Position numbers and translations under genes: made by a program
The notes under the pieces: generated by a model
Seen by the model: only the letters and a program-made list of their open reading frames with translations
Database searches by the model: none
What the model was told of the DNA's origin: nothing
Shown: positions 11,376 through 23,846 of the stretch, one piece after another
Position numbering within the stretch: position 1 is the first letter of the stretch
How the letters are laid out: every line of letters begins with the position of its first letter
From: an uncultured delta proteobacterium
GTDB taxonomy: Bacteria > Myxococcota > Myxococcia > Myxococcales > Myxococcaceae
Length of the DNA: 64,000 nt
Direction of reading: 5' to 3'
NCBI GenBank assembly: GCA_963771175.1
Contig: CAVYSY010000051.1
Coordinates: forward strand, 140,808 to 204,807

Positions 11376-11819
11376 ATGGCGACTTTCCAGAGCAACCCGG
11401 GCAGCAATGATGGCCAGGCGCAGGGCGAGCAGGGAGAGGGGCAGGGGCAGGCCGGTTTCGGCCATCGGGTGGATCAGATCGGCTCGGACGCGCAGCAGCT
11501 GTGGGACGATGCTCGCGGCGCGGTGACGGACCTGCGAGACACGCTGGACCTCAAGGGTCGCGTGGAGCGCAACCCGTACCTGACGCTGGCAGCGGCTTTC
11601 GGCGTGGGCTACGTGCTCGGCGGCGGGCTCTTCACCCGCACCACCGCGCGAGTCATCCGGCTGGGAATGCGTCTGGCGGCGCTGCCCATGGTCAAGGACG
11701 AGCTGCTCGGCATGGCCGAGGCGGCGATGCGCGGCGTCGAGGTCGGTGCCGGTCGCGTGGCCGACATGTCCGGGTCCGGGAACACCGGTGCTGGTGGTTC
11801 GCACGGCCCCCAGGTTTGA
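11376..11819 (+). CDS. Hypothetical membrane-anchored protein (YqjD-like NP motif)
   Basis: VERNPYLTLAAAFGVGYVLGGG segment. Confidence 0.65.
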   Translation: MATFQSNPGSNDGQAQGEQGEGQGQAGFGHRVDQIGSDAQQLWDDARGAVTDLRDTLDLKGRVERNPYLTLAAAFGVGYVLGGGLFTRTTARVIRLGMRLAALPMVKDELLGMAEAAMRGVEVGAGRVADMSGSGNTGAGGSHGPQV

Positions 11820-11858
11820 TGGACTCTTTCCCCACCCGCCGCACATGGAGCGCCCACG

Positions 11859-12125
11859 ATGTTCAGCGCCAATGACCTGAGGAAGATGGACAAGGACGAT
11901 GTGCTCAACCTGCTCGGCCTGGAGACCCGGAAGGGCCCCTCGGACTGGCTGCTGCCCACGCTGGGGGCCTTCTCCGTGGGCCTGCTCGTGGGCGCGGGGC
12001 TCGGCATGCTGATGGCGCCGAAGGCCGGCCCCGAGCTGCGCAATGACCTGCGCAACCGGCTGCAGGGCCAGGACGCCCAGGCCAGCGGCGAGCAGCGCCG
12101 CGAGACCGCCTCTCACGGCGCCTAG
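11859..12125 (+). CDS. YtxH-domain protein
   Basis: GLLVGAGLGMLMAPKAGPELR, the typical YtxH pattern. Confidence 0.75.
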   Translation: MFSANDLRKMDKDDVLNLLGLETRKGPSDWLLPTLGAFSVGLLVGAGLGMLMAPKAGPELRNDLRNRLQGQDAQASGEQRRETASHGA

Positions 12126-12164
12126 CGTCGAGTGTCCGGGGTTCGCCCGGGATTCGGGCGAGCG

Positions 12165-12205
12165 CGAGGGGCGATCCGGTGACTCCGGGTCGCCCCTTCG
12201 TATTT
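12165..12205 (+). terminator. Stem-loop downstream of the small-protein cluster
   Basis: GAGGGGCGATCCGG...CCGGGTCGCCCCTTC inverted repeat followed by GTATTT. Confidence 0.45.
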
Positions 12206-12293
12206 CCAGGCGGTAGACTCCGGCGCCTATGCGCGTCTTCCTCATGCGGACCCTCCTTCTCGACGTGGCGCTCGCCGCGTGGGAGCTCGTGCC

Positions 12294-13442
12294 ATGAGCT
12301 CCCGGAAGGCGCCCAAGCCGGCGCGTGGCGGGCGCCCGGCGCGGAAGGGCTCGTCCTCGCGTGAGGCCACGAAGGTGGAGTCCCCTCCTCGGGGACGTGC
12401 CGCGCCTGGACGGAAGGACTCGCCGTCGCGGCGGGACACGCCGAGAGAGCTGCCCGCGGTGGGAGCCTCCGGGAAGAAGGCGACCCTGGCGCGCACCGGG
12501 CCCTCGCCTCGGCCTCCGGACGCTCCGCGCGAGCCACCTCGTCCCGATACGAGCGCGGAGGCCGTGACACGTGGGGTGCTGGCCCGGGTGCGGGGCGTGG
12601 AGACGCTGGAGTCCGCCTACGACGCCTGGCTCGAGCTGCGGTTGGCGCACGGGGCCGCGCGGTTGCGCTTCGGCGAGGAGCGCGAGCGTCTGGAGCAGCA
12701 GGGCTCCTTCCTGGTGGGCGCGGTGCGCGCGGCGGGTCAGGAGCGAGCGGCCTCGGCGGCGCCAGCTCCGGAGGCGGCGCTCGTCTCCGCGGAGGCATCC
12801 ATGCGCGACTTCCTGCGCCAGGCCGAGGAGAAGCTGTCCCGGGCGCGCGAGGCGCTCGCGAGGGAAGAGGCCGAGAGCGAGGCGCGCTACCAGGCGGCCT
12901 TCGCGGAGATCCGCTCCACCCTCCAGGATCGGGTAGGGCGCCACCTGGGCGCCGCGCCGGTGCGCTTGCGGTTGCTGCTGCGGAAGGTGGGGGCCACGCG
13001 GGCCATCCTCCACGTGGAGCGCGTGAGCGGCGATACCCCGGTGCTGCTCCTGCACCTCTTCACCGGCCGCATCCCCTCGCGCCACGGCTTCCTCTTCGAC
13101 GACTCCACCGAGGACGTGTCGCTCCCGCCGGCGCCGCTCTACCCGGAGGAGGGCGTCGCGCCGGGCGAGGTACGCCCGGAGGCCCCGGACCTCATCTCGC
13201 GGGTGCGAGCACCGGGAGAGGTGCTACCGGTGAAGGGCTTCCTGCCCGTCTTCGTGCCCCGCCCCGAGGGGGGCGAGGACTTCTTCCGCCTCCTCCAGCG
13301 AGGGCCGGTGATGGAGGTGGAGGTGGCGGAGGGCCCGGGCTTCCGCGGCATCCTCACCCGCGAGGAGTCCGAGCGCTTCGCGGGGCACCTGCTGCGCCTC
13401 AAGCTCGAGGGCAGGCTCGAGCTCGAGGTGGAAGCGGGCTGA
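12294..13442 (+). CDS. Hypothetical protein (basic low-complexity N-terminus, coiled-coil centre)
   Basis: Long ORF with coding-like GC3 bias; no recognisable motif. Confidence 0.65.
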   Translation: MSSRKAPKPARGGRPARKGSSSREATKVESPPRGRAAPGRKDSPSRRDTPRELPAVGASGKKATLARTGPSPRPPDAPREPPRPDTSAEAVTRGVLARVRGVETLESAYDAWLELRLAHGAARLRFGEERERLEQQGSFLVGAVRAAGQERAASAAPAPEAALVSAEASMRDFLRQAEEKLSRAREALAREEAESEARYQAAFAEIRSTLQDRVGRHLGAAPVRLRLLLRKVGATRAILHVERVSGDTPVLLLHLFTGRIPSRHGFLFDDSTEDVSLPPAPLYPEEGVAPGEVRPEAPDLISRVRAPGEVLPVKGFLPVFVPRPEGGEDFFRLLQRGPVMEVEVAEGPGFRGILTREESERFAGHLLRLKLEGRLELEVEAG

Positions 13443-13454
13443 GGCGGACGCGGG

Positions 13455-14339
13455 CTACGGCTGCGTGTGCACCAGGCCCACGTCGGCGGTGCCCACCATC
13501 AGCGCGCTGCCGACGAAGAGGTTGTCGGACTCGGCGCCGCCGGTCCTCACCGTCTGGAAGATGACGAGGTAGTTGCTGTCCTTCTGGGGGAAGGCCTCGC
13601 CGGGAATGGTGAGGCTCGCCGCCAGCGACGGGGCGGTCGGCAGGGCCACGAGCTCCAGGAGGCCCAGCGGATCCTTTGGCATGCTGTTGTAGGTGGGCTC
13701 ACCCTTGTCGCCGTTGTCGCTCAGCGGGACGACGGTGACGAAGCCGTGGGTGCGCTCCTGGTTGGCGGCCACGGCCGGGCGCTGCAGGGTGAGGCCCTGG
13801 TTGGCCGTGTGCCGGACGTAGCCCTCGGCCGGGTGGAGCGCGTTGATCTTCTCGAGGTCCGGCGCATCCTCCACCGTGCCCACATGCGAGGTGCCGTTCT
13901 CCACGGCGACGAAGCGGTAGGTGGCGCGGGGCTGGTACTTCACGCCCGCGTCATCGCCGAAGTCGCTCGTGTGGCCGTAGGTGCCCGCGCCCTCGCTCTC
14001 GAGGTTGTACTGGCTGCCGTTGACCACCTCGATGCGGACGTTGGCGTTGGCGATGGGCTCAGGCGTGCCCTGGTCGCCCTCGCGCGTGCCGAAGAAGACG
14101 AGGGCCGCCGTCTGACCCGGTACGGTGATCTTATCATCGATGACGGGGCCGCCGTCGGGCAGCGTGCCGGCGTCGATCCCCGCCGCGGCTGCCGGCGAGA
14201 AGGCCACGTCGGGTGTGGAGAGCAGGGTCCCCACCATCACCCTCTTGGCGAGGATCTGGTTGCCTGTCTTCTCGAGGTCGCAGGCAAGGAGGGGGAGCAG
14301 GAGAGCGGTCACGGCGGTGGACAGCAGGAGTCGGTTCAT
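13455..14339 (-). CDS. Lipoprotein, unknown function
   Basis: MNRLLLSTAVTALLLPLLAC lipobox; beta-rich body. Confidence 0.75.
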   Translation of the reverse strand: MNRLLLSTAVTALLLPLLACDLEKTGNQILAKRVMVGTLLSTPDVAFSPAAAAGIDAGTLPDGGPVIDDKITVPGQTAALVFFGTREGDQGTPEPIANANVRIEVVNGSQYNLESEGAGTYGHTSDFGDDAGVKYQPRATYRFVAVENGTSHVGTVEDAPDLEKINALHPAEGYVRHTANQGLTLQRPAVAANQERTHGFVTVVPLSDNGDKGEPTYNSMPKDPLGLLELVALPTAPSLAASLTIPGEAFPQKDSNYLVIFQTVRTGGAESDNLFVGSALMVGTADVGLVHTQP

Positions 14340-14433
14340 TGCTTCTTTCCGGAAGGTCGGCCCGGCGGGCGAGCATACCAGGGCAACAGGAGGGCTGGGT
14401 GCGTGGGCTGAACGCGCTATTCTCCCGGCTCCC

Positions 14434-17007
14434 GTGCGAAGCCTTCCCATCTACTCGGCCGGACTCCGCTTCCTGCAGCGGCTCGGCTATTCGCTCCTGC
14501 AGGCCACGCTTTTCGGCGCCATCCTCGGGCTGCTCGTCTACTACCGGGTCCCGCGCGCGCAGCTCGGCGGCGAGGCGACGCCCATCGCCGTGCTCGCCCG
14601 TCCCTCGGCCTGGTTGGAGTCCTGGGAGCGCGCTGCCTACGACTGGCGCGCCCGCGCGCTGGGGGCCCGTTCCTCGCGTTCGGACCGGGTCGTGGTGGTG
14701 GCGATCGACGACGAGACGCTCGCCGAGGCCCGCCAGGACGAGCGCCCTGGCATCGCGTCCAATCCGTGGCCACGGGAGCTGCTGGGCGGACTGACCAACC
14801 GGCTCGTCGACGAGGGCGCGGAGCTGGTGATGCTGGACTTCCCCTTCGCCGAGTTCAGCCCGCGCGCCGGCCTCGTGCAGGGGACGCCCGGTCTGGAGGG
14901 GCTGGACGACGACCGGGCCTTCCGCAAGCGGCTCGACCGCAATCCCGAGAAGTCCGTGCTGGCCTTCGAGTGGTCGCCGGACCGCGAGATTCCAGCGGGC
15001 GGCCGGCTGTGGCCGTACCGGGTGCGGCTCGGCACCTACGCCAGCGCGGGCGAGGCGCGGGGCCGGGTGCAGTCGGTGCTGGCGGATCAACGACCGGCCT
15101 TCCTCATCCCCGTGGGCAACGCGGTGGAGGCGTGGGCGGGCGTGGCCAGCGAGCAGGAGGGCCTGCGGGTGGCCCTGGAGCAGGGGGTCCGCGAGCCGCC
15201 GAGGGTTCAGGAGCGGCGGGCCACGGATGACACCTGGCGCGTGGGCCCGCTGGAGCTCTTCGTCTCCCTGGCCGAGGTGGAGGTGGAGGGGTTGGAGCCG
15301 GCGCTGCTGCCGGAGGTCCGCCAGCTCGAGCACCCGGTGGCTCCGTTGCTGGGCCCGGCGAGCCTCTACGGCGCCGCCACCGTGCCGGCGGATCCGGACG
15401 GGGTGGTGCGGGCCGTGCCGCACCTGGTGAGCTATCGCTCGCGAGAGGGTGCCCGGCATGTGCTGCCCTCCATGCCACTGGCGGCGGCGATGCGCCTGGC
15501 GGGCACGCGCCAGCTCCGCTACGCGGACGGCCGGCTGTACGTGGGGGACCGGTTCTCCATCCCCCTGGACGAGTCCGGTTACAGCCTGGTGCGCTGGGAC
15601 GCGGCGGAGGTGGGGCGGGGCTCGCGCGGCTCCGTGTCGAGGGCCATCCCCGCGTGGAATGTGCTGCTCAACCTCTTCGCCGTGCGAGAGGGAGTGCCAC
15701 CGCGAGCGGTCCACGACATCGAGGGCCGCATCATCGTCTTCACCAACACCTCGCGCCAGGCGCTGGACTTCAAGCACACGCCCATCGGCGAATACACGCC
15801 CGCGGGAGCCGTGCTCGCTCAGTCGCTGGTGAACCTCCTGCAGTCCGAGGGCATCACCCGCGCCACGCCGAAGCTGGACCTCTTCCTGACACTCGGGGCC
15901 GCGCTCGTCGGCGCCTTCATGGCGCTCACCTTCAACCGGGGTCTGCGCTCCTTCGGTGACGTGCTGGTGTATCTGGGCACGATGGGGGCAGTGGGGCTCG
16001 TCCTGGCCGGAGTGGCCTGGTACCTCTTCGTCAACAAGCTGCTCTGGGTGGCGATGGTGGGCCCGCTGCTGGCCATGGGTCTCACCTTCATCTTCACCAT
16101 CGTCCAGGCCTCGCGCTCCGAGCGACAGCTTCGCCACTTCATCACCGACGTGCTCGGCCGCTATGTGAGCCCCGAGGTGGCGCGGCTCGTCACGCGCGAC
16201 CTGCGGCTGCTGACGCGGGCCGAGCGCCGCGAGGTGACGGTCTTCTTCTGCGACATCGACGGCTTCTCGCGCCTGTCCAGCGAGCTGCCACCGGAGAAGG
16301 TGGTCCAGTTCCTCAATGACTCGCTGACGGAGATGACGGACGTGGTGCGCTCCACTCGCGGCCAGGTGGACAAGTACCTGGGAGACGCGGTGCTGGCCTT
16401 CTGGGGCGCGCCGGTGCGCACGGATCGCCACGCGCACCTGGCCTGCGAGGCCGCGTTGAAGCTGCAGGCAGCGCTGCAGGAGCGCAACACGTACTGGGAG
16501 AAGACGTACGGCCAGCGTCTGCTGTGCCGCATCGGTATCGACAGCGGCGAGGTGCTGGTGGGCGGCATGGGCAGCGATCTCGAGGCCAAGTACTCCGCCA
16601 TGGGCGAGGCGGTGAAGCTCTCCATGCTCCTGGAGAGCCTCAACCGGACCTACGGCACCTTCGTGCTGGTGGGAGACGGATCGGCCCGGCTGGCGCAGGA
16701 CTCCTTCGTGTTCCGCGAGGTGGACCGGGTGCGGCTCAAGGGCCGGACCGAGCCCGCCCGCCTCCACGAGCTGGTGGGCCGCAAGGGGGAGATCTCCCCC
16801 CAGATGCAGGAGCAGCTCGCTCTCTATGAACAGGCGCTCACCGCGTACCACCAGCGGCGCTTCGACGAGGCGCTGGCTCTCTTCACGCGCGGCGTGGAGG
16901 CGTACCAGGACACGGTGGCGGGGGTGTACGCCGAGCGCTGCCGCAAGTTCACCTCGGCGGCGCCTCCAGAGGACTGGGATGGCGTGTTCGCGTCCGAGGG
17001 CAGTTGA
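14434..17007 (+). CDS. CHASE2-domain class III adenylate/guanylate cyclase-like protein (start approximate)
   Basis: CHASE2 motifs VVVVAIDDETL, PWPR, DPDGVVR; three TM helices; cyclase motifs FCDIDGFS and DKYLGDAVLAFWGAP; C-terminal TPR-like PPEDWDG. Confidence 0.9.
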   Translation: MRSLPIYSAGLRFLQRLGYSLLQATLFGAILGLLVYYRVPRAQLGGEATPIAVLARPSAWLESWERAAYDWRARALGARSSRSDRVVVVAIDDETLAEARQDERPGIASNPWPRELLGGLTNRLVDEGAELVMLDFPFAEFSPRAGLVQGTPGLEGLDDDRAFRKRLDRNPEKSVLAFEWSPDREIPAGGRLWPYRVRLGTYASAGEARGRVQSVLADQRPAFLIPVGNAVEAWAGVASEQEGLRVALEQGVREPPRVQERRATDDTWRVGPLELFVSLAEVEVEGLEPALLPEVRQLEHPVAPLLGPASLYGAATVPADPDGVVRAVPHLVSYRSREGARHVLPSMPLAAAMRLAGTRQLRYADGRLYVGDRFSIPLDESGYSLVRWDAAEVGRGSRGSVSRAIPAWNVLLNLFAVREGVPPRAVHDIEGRIIVFTNTSRQALDFKHTPIGEYTPAGAVLAQSLVNLLQSEGITRATPKLDLFLTLGAALVGAFMALTFNRGLRSFGDVLVYLGTMGAVGLVLAGVAWYLFVNKLLWVAMVGPLLAMGLTFIFTIVQASRSERQLRHFITDVLGRYVSPEVARLVTRDLRLLTRAERREVTVFFCDIDGFSRLSSELPPEKVVQFLNDSLTEMTDVVRSTRGQVDKYLGDAVLAFWGAPVRTDRHAHLACEAALKLQAALQERNTYWEKTYGQRLLCRIGIDSGEVLVGGMGSDLEAKYSAMGEAVKLSMLLESLNRTYGTFVLVGDGSARLAQDSFVFREVDRVRLKGRTEPARLHELVGRKGEISPQMQEQLALYEQALTAYHQRRFDEALALFTRGVEAYQDTVAGVYAERCRKFTSAAPPEDWDGVFASEGS

Positions 17008-17188
17008 GAAGCGGGCCTCGAGCGCCAGCGCATTCGCACCGAGCACACCAGCCACGACCCCAAAGAGAACCGCCGGCCTCCGGTCGCGTTCTTCGCCAAC
17101 TTGTCCACTATGTGTACAAGTTGCGCGACTTCGCGCCCGGCGGGTGCCCCTGTCCCCGGGATGGCGCCCTCCCGGTCTCGCTCTTCAG

Positions 17189-17215
17189 AAACCTGTCCGA
17201 CAGTCGGACAGGTTT
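17189..17215. repeat. REP-like palindrome AAACCTGTCCGAC-A-GTCGGACAGGTTT
   Basis: 13-bp perfect inverted arms around one central base, between convergent genes. Confidence 0.8.
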
Positions 17216-17290
17216 TTCGAGACCGCGCCCGGAGGGTCCCCTGCTTTCGGGAGGTGTTCGGACACCTGCTCGGGAGCTGCCTCGGAAGGT

Positions 17291-17656
17291 TCAGCCCTCC
17301 GGGTCCGGCTCGTCGGGGTGACCGAAGAGCTCGACGATGGGCTTGTCCTCGGCGATGTGCTCGGCCACCACGCGGCGCATCTTCTCCGGCGTCATGTGCG
17401 AGTAGTACGTCTCGCCCTCCCAGCCCATGAGCTGGTAGTCCTCGGGGGAGAGGGGATCCCTCTTGCGACCCGTCTCCTCACGGATGACGACGTTCGGCCC
17501 CATGTGGCAGAAGCCGTAGCAGCCTCCTCGGTACAGCTCGCAGCGGGGCTGCAGCTTCCGTGCGGACAGCTCGTCGCGAGCGGCCGCGGCCACGGCGTCG
17601 GAGCCACCGGCCTTGCAGCTCGAGCCTTTGCACACGGAGAGGCGGTAGCGCTTCAT
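17291..17656 (-). CDS. Thioredoxin-like [2Fe-2S] ferredoxin
   Basis: VCKGSSC...GGCYGFCHMGPNVV...YYSHMTPE..VVAEHI. Confidence 0.85.
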   Translation of the reverse strand: MKRYRLSVCKGSSCKAGGSDAVAAAARDELSARKLQPRCELYRGGCYGFCHMGPNVVIREETGRKRDPLSPEDYQLMGWEGETYYSHMTPEKMRRVVAEHIAEDKPIVELFGHPDEPDPEG

Positions 17657-17854
17657 GCACCGGGAACCCTACGGAGTTTGCGAGGTGCTGGAAAGGGTTG
17701 CCGCGGCCGAGGAGGGCCAGTCCCCTCGCTCGCCGCGAGCGAGGCTGTAGGGCTGCAACGCGGCTGCACTCGTGCCCCTTGAAACGACACCGGCCCGCCG
17801 TCCACCGCGAGGAGCGGGGAGGGCGGGCCGGGTGCCGGCGAGTCGCCGGGCGTC

Positions 17855-18610
17855 CTACTTGAGGAACTTCGTCACGGGCACGGGGCCCTCGTTGGACACG
17901 ACGGTGCGCGAGGTGGACGGCGTGACGTGATCGCCGTGGGTGTCGCCGGACTCGAGGTGCGCGTGCTGAGCCTCGTGGCCCTCGCCCAGGCGGGTGTGGG
18001 CCTCCTTGTGCACGTGTGCCGGCTGAGCCGAGCTGGGGCGCTTGTTCCACGGGTCCGACGGGTGGCAGACCGCCGGGCCCTTGAGCAGCTTGGGGATGTC
18101 GTAGACGAAGCCCTGCCGGTTGTACTCCGCCGGCGTGTGCGTGTACGTGTCCATGCGGATGGCGTCCTTGGGGCACGCGTCCACGCACAGGCCGCACACG
18201 ATGCAGCGCAGCTCGTCGATGACGAACTGGGTCGGGTACTTCTCGATGACGCGCGAGCCGGCCTCCGCGGACTCCACCTCGTACTCGCCGGCCTCGATGT
18301 AGATGCACTGCGCCGGGCAGATGGTGGCGCACATGTAGCAGGCCACGCAGCGCGGCTTGCCGTCGTCGCGCGGCACCAGCCGGTGCAGACCCCGGTACCC
18401 GGGCGGGTAGGGCTGCTTCTCCTCGGGGTACTGCACCGTGGTGACGAGGCTGGTGCCCTTGCGGGACTCGAACGGGGTGTCCACCTCGCGCGTCCCGAAG
18501 AGGTTGCGCAGGAAGTGCCGGGTGGTGATGGCCAGGCCGCGGAGCAGCTCGGGGATGTAGGAGCGCTCGCGGATGTCGGTGCGGGGTTCCTGAGTCGCCT
18601 TGTAGGCCAT
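17855..18610 (-). CDS. nuoI: NADH-quinone oxidoreductase subunit I
   Basis: [19 protein letters not shown] and [12 protein letters not shown] ferredoxin motifs. Confidence 0.95.
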   Translation of the reverse strand: MAYKATQEPRTDIRERSYIPELLRGLAITTRHFLRNLFGTREVDTPFESRKGTSLVTTVQYPEEKQPYPPGYRGLHRLVPRDDGKPRCVACYMCATICPAQCIYIEAGEYEVESAEAGSRVIEKYPTQFVIDELRCIVCGLCVDACPKDAIRMDTYTHTPAEYNRQGFVYDIPKLLKGPAVCHPSDPWNKRPSSAQPAHVHKEAHTRLGEGHEAQHAHLESGDTHGDHVTPSTSRTVVSNEGPVPVTKFLK

Positions 18611-18622
18611 GGTGTCTTTCTC

Positions 18623-20105
<1,483 letters not shown>

Positions 20106-20107
20106 TG

Positions 20108-21878
20108 TCAGATACCTCGGACCCTGGGAGCGCCGAACTCACGGTACCCCGGCGGCCGGCCGTCGGCGGCGGTCGGCAGCGGGTTGATGCCGGGCTTCTC
20201 GCGGTCCGGCGGGGAGGCCTTGTCCCAGTCGAACTGGGCGAACTCGGTCACGGTCTTGCCCAGCTCGCGGAACACCTCGCGCGAGGACGTCCAGGCCGCC
20301 GTGCCACCCATCTCGCGGGCGAGCTCGGCCGCCAGCGCCCAGTGCGCCGTGGCGTCACCCTTGGAGGGGTAGGCCTTGCGGAAGCGCTGGATGATGCCGT
20401 CCCCCTGCACGAACGAGCCGTCGTCCTCCACGTGGACGGAGGCGGGCAGCAGCACCGTGGCCTGCGCGGTGAGGGGCGACTCGTTCGTCGCCTGCACCAC
20501 GAAGACGTCCAGCTTCGCCGCGGCCTGGGCGAAGGACTCGACGTTGCCCGGCACCTCGTCGCCCACCGCGTACAGCGCCTTCACCCGGCCGCCCTCCAGG
20601 GCCTTGGTCAGGTCCTCGAAGGACTTGACCGTCAGCCCCAGGCCCTGGGCGATCAGCTCCAGGCCCTTGCGGTTGGGGTTGCGGTCCGCCGTCAGGAGGA
20701 AGTGATCGGCCTCACCCTGCGGGCGGCCACCGACGTAGACCTCCTTGGCCCCCAGCGTCACCTTGGCGAAGGTGAGCGTGGCGAGCAGGTCCTCGTTGGA
20801 AGCGACCGGCGAGGCGAGCACCGCCACCCGGCCCTTCACCTCGGCGAGCGCCTGGGCCGCGGCCTTCACGGCCTCGCGGCGGGCGACCTCGGGACGAGCA
20901 GTACCGGCGGCCGGCTGGCGACCCACCACGGCGGCGAGCACGCGGCCCAGGTTGAGGCCCTTGTACGTCAGGCGACCGTGGTCGCACATCCAGCTCTTGT
21001 TGATGGCCTCGTTCTCGCGCGGGCGGTAGCGGTAGGTGTCCTGCGCCATGAAGTCCGCGTAGATGTTGCAGCCGCGCGAGCAGCCGGTGCACACGGACGG
21101 CGCGGCGGACAGGAACCACGCGCGGGCGCGGAAGCGGAAGTCGCGGCTGAGCAGCGCGCCCACCGGGCAGATGTCGACGGTGTTGAGCGAGTAGTTGCTG
21201 TTGAGCTCGCTGCCCGGGAACGTGTCGATGACCTCGTGGCTGCCACGGCCGAAGATGCCGAGCTGCGGCTCCTTCGGCATCTCGTCCATGAAGCGCACGC
21301 AGCGGGTGCAGATGATGCAGCGCTCCTGGTCGAGCACCACGCGGGGCCCGAGCACCTTGCGCTTGTTCTTCATGACCTTGCCGCCCTCGAGCCGCGAGGG
21401 GCGGTAGTCGTAGCGCATGTAGTAGTCCTGCAGCTTGCACTCACCGGCCTGGTCGCAGATGGAGCAGTCGACCGGGTGGTTGAGGAGCAGGAACTCCATG
21501 ACGGCGCGCTGCTGCTCCTTCACCTTCGGGGTGTTGGTCTTGATGACCTGACCCTCGGCGAGCGACGTCTGGCAGGCGGGCACCAGCTTGGGGGCGTTGG
21601 AGGCCTCCACCATGCACATGCGGCAGTTGGCCGCGATGGAGAGGCGCGGGTGGTAGCAGAAGTAGGGGATGTCCGAGCCGACCATCTTGGCCGCCTCGAT
21701 CATGTTCGTCCCCGGCTTGGCCACCACTTCCTTGCCGTCGATGGTGCAGGTGACGAAGCCCGGGTTCTTCGGCGGGGGAGGGCCAGCCGGCTTGGGCGCG
21801 GGCGGTGGGGCGCCGGGGTGGCGCTGTGCGCGGCCGGAGGCTGCGCGTCTCCGGTGGGCTTCTTGGTGTCGTTGTCGC

Positions 21879-21882
<4 letters not shown>
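20108..21882 (-). CDS. nuoG: NADH-quinone oxidoreductase subunit G (short form; frameshift near the N-terminus)
   Basis: IPYFCYHPRLSIAANCRMC, LLNHPVDCSICDQAGECKLQD, CIICTRCVRF, CTGCSRGC. Confidence 0.9.
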
Positions 21883-23149
<1,267 letters not shown>

Positions 23150-23188
23150 GATCGTGTCCTCGGGGGGCTGTCCGGTGGGGGCGGGCGC

Positions 23189-23717
23189 TCAGCTGCACGC
23201 CGCTGGTGCCGGGGCCGCGGAAGATGTCCTTGATGGGGCGCTCGGGAATGAGCGGCTGCCGGTCGCGCAGCGGGTAGTCCTTGCGCAGCGGGTGACCCTG
23301 GAACTCCTCGTACAGCAGCACGCGGCGCAGGTCCGGGTGGCCGTGAAGCGGATGCCGTAGAAGTCCCACACGAAGCGCTCCCACCAGTTGGCGCCCTTGA
23401 AGATGGGCGTGATGGAGGGGAGCTCCGGGCTTCGCCTCGCTCACGCGCACCTTCAGGCGCACGTGCTCGTGACGCGACAGCGAGTAGATGAAGTAGACGA
23501 CCTCGAAGCGCGGGTCATTCTCCGCGAGGTGGAGGCGATCCACCGCGTCGATCGAGGTGAAGAGCTTGAAATCCAGGTCGTTCTTCAGGAACGCGGCGAC
23601 CTTCGGAAGGTGCTCGGCGTGGATGACGGCCCAGTCGCCGCCAGTGCGGTCGAGGTAGCGCTCCGCCACCGCCTCCGGAAACTGGGCGGTGACCCTGTCC
23701 AGTGCGAAAGTGCTCAA
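23189..23717 (-). CDS. nuoC: NADH-quinone oxidoreductase subunit C (frameshifted)
   Basis: [39 protein letters not shown]. Confidence 0.9.
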
Positions 23718-23750
23718 GGGGGCCTCAATGCTGGCTAAGGAATCCGGCGC

Positions 23751-23780
23751 GTTATAAGGATGGCCACCGGCGCGCGTCAA
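23751..23780 (-). promoter_or_regulatory. sigma70-like promoter for nuoCDGHI
   Basis: Minus strand TTGACG-18 bp-TATAAC, about 35 bp upstream of the nuoC start. Confidence 0.6.
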
Positions 23781-23846
23781 CGTAATCCCTCAACCATCCC
23801 CGATACTTACGCGACTCAGAAGCCCACATTCGTCGGAACGGGCTTT

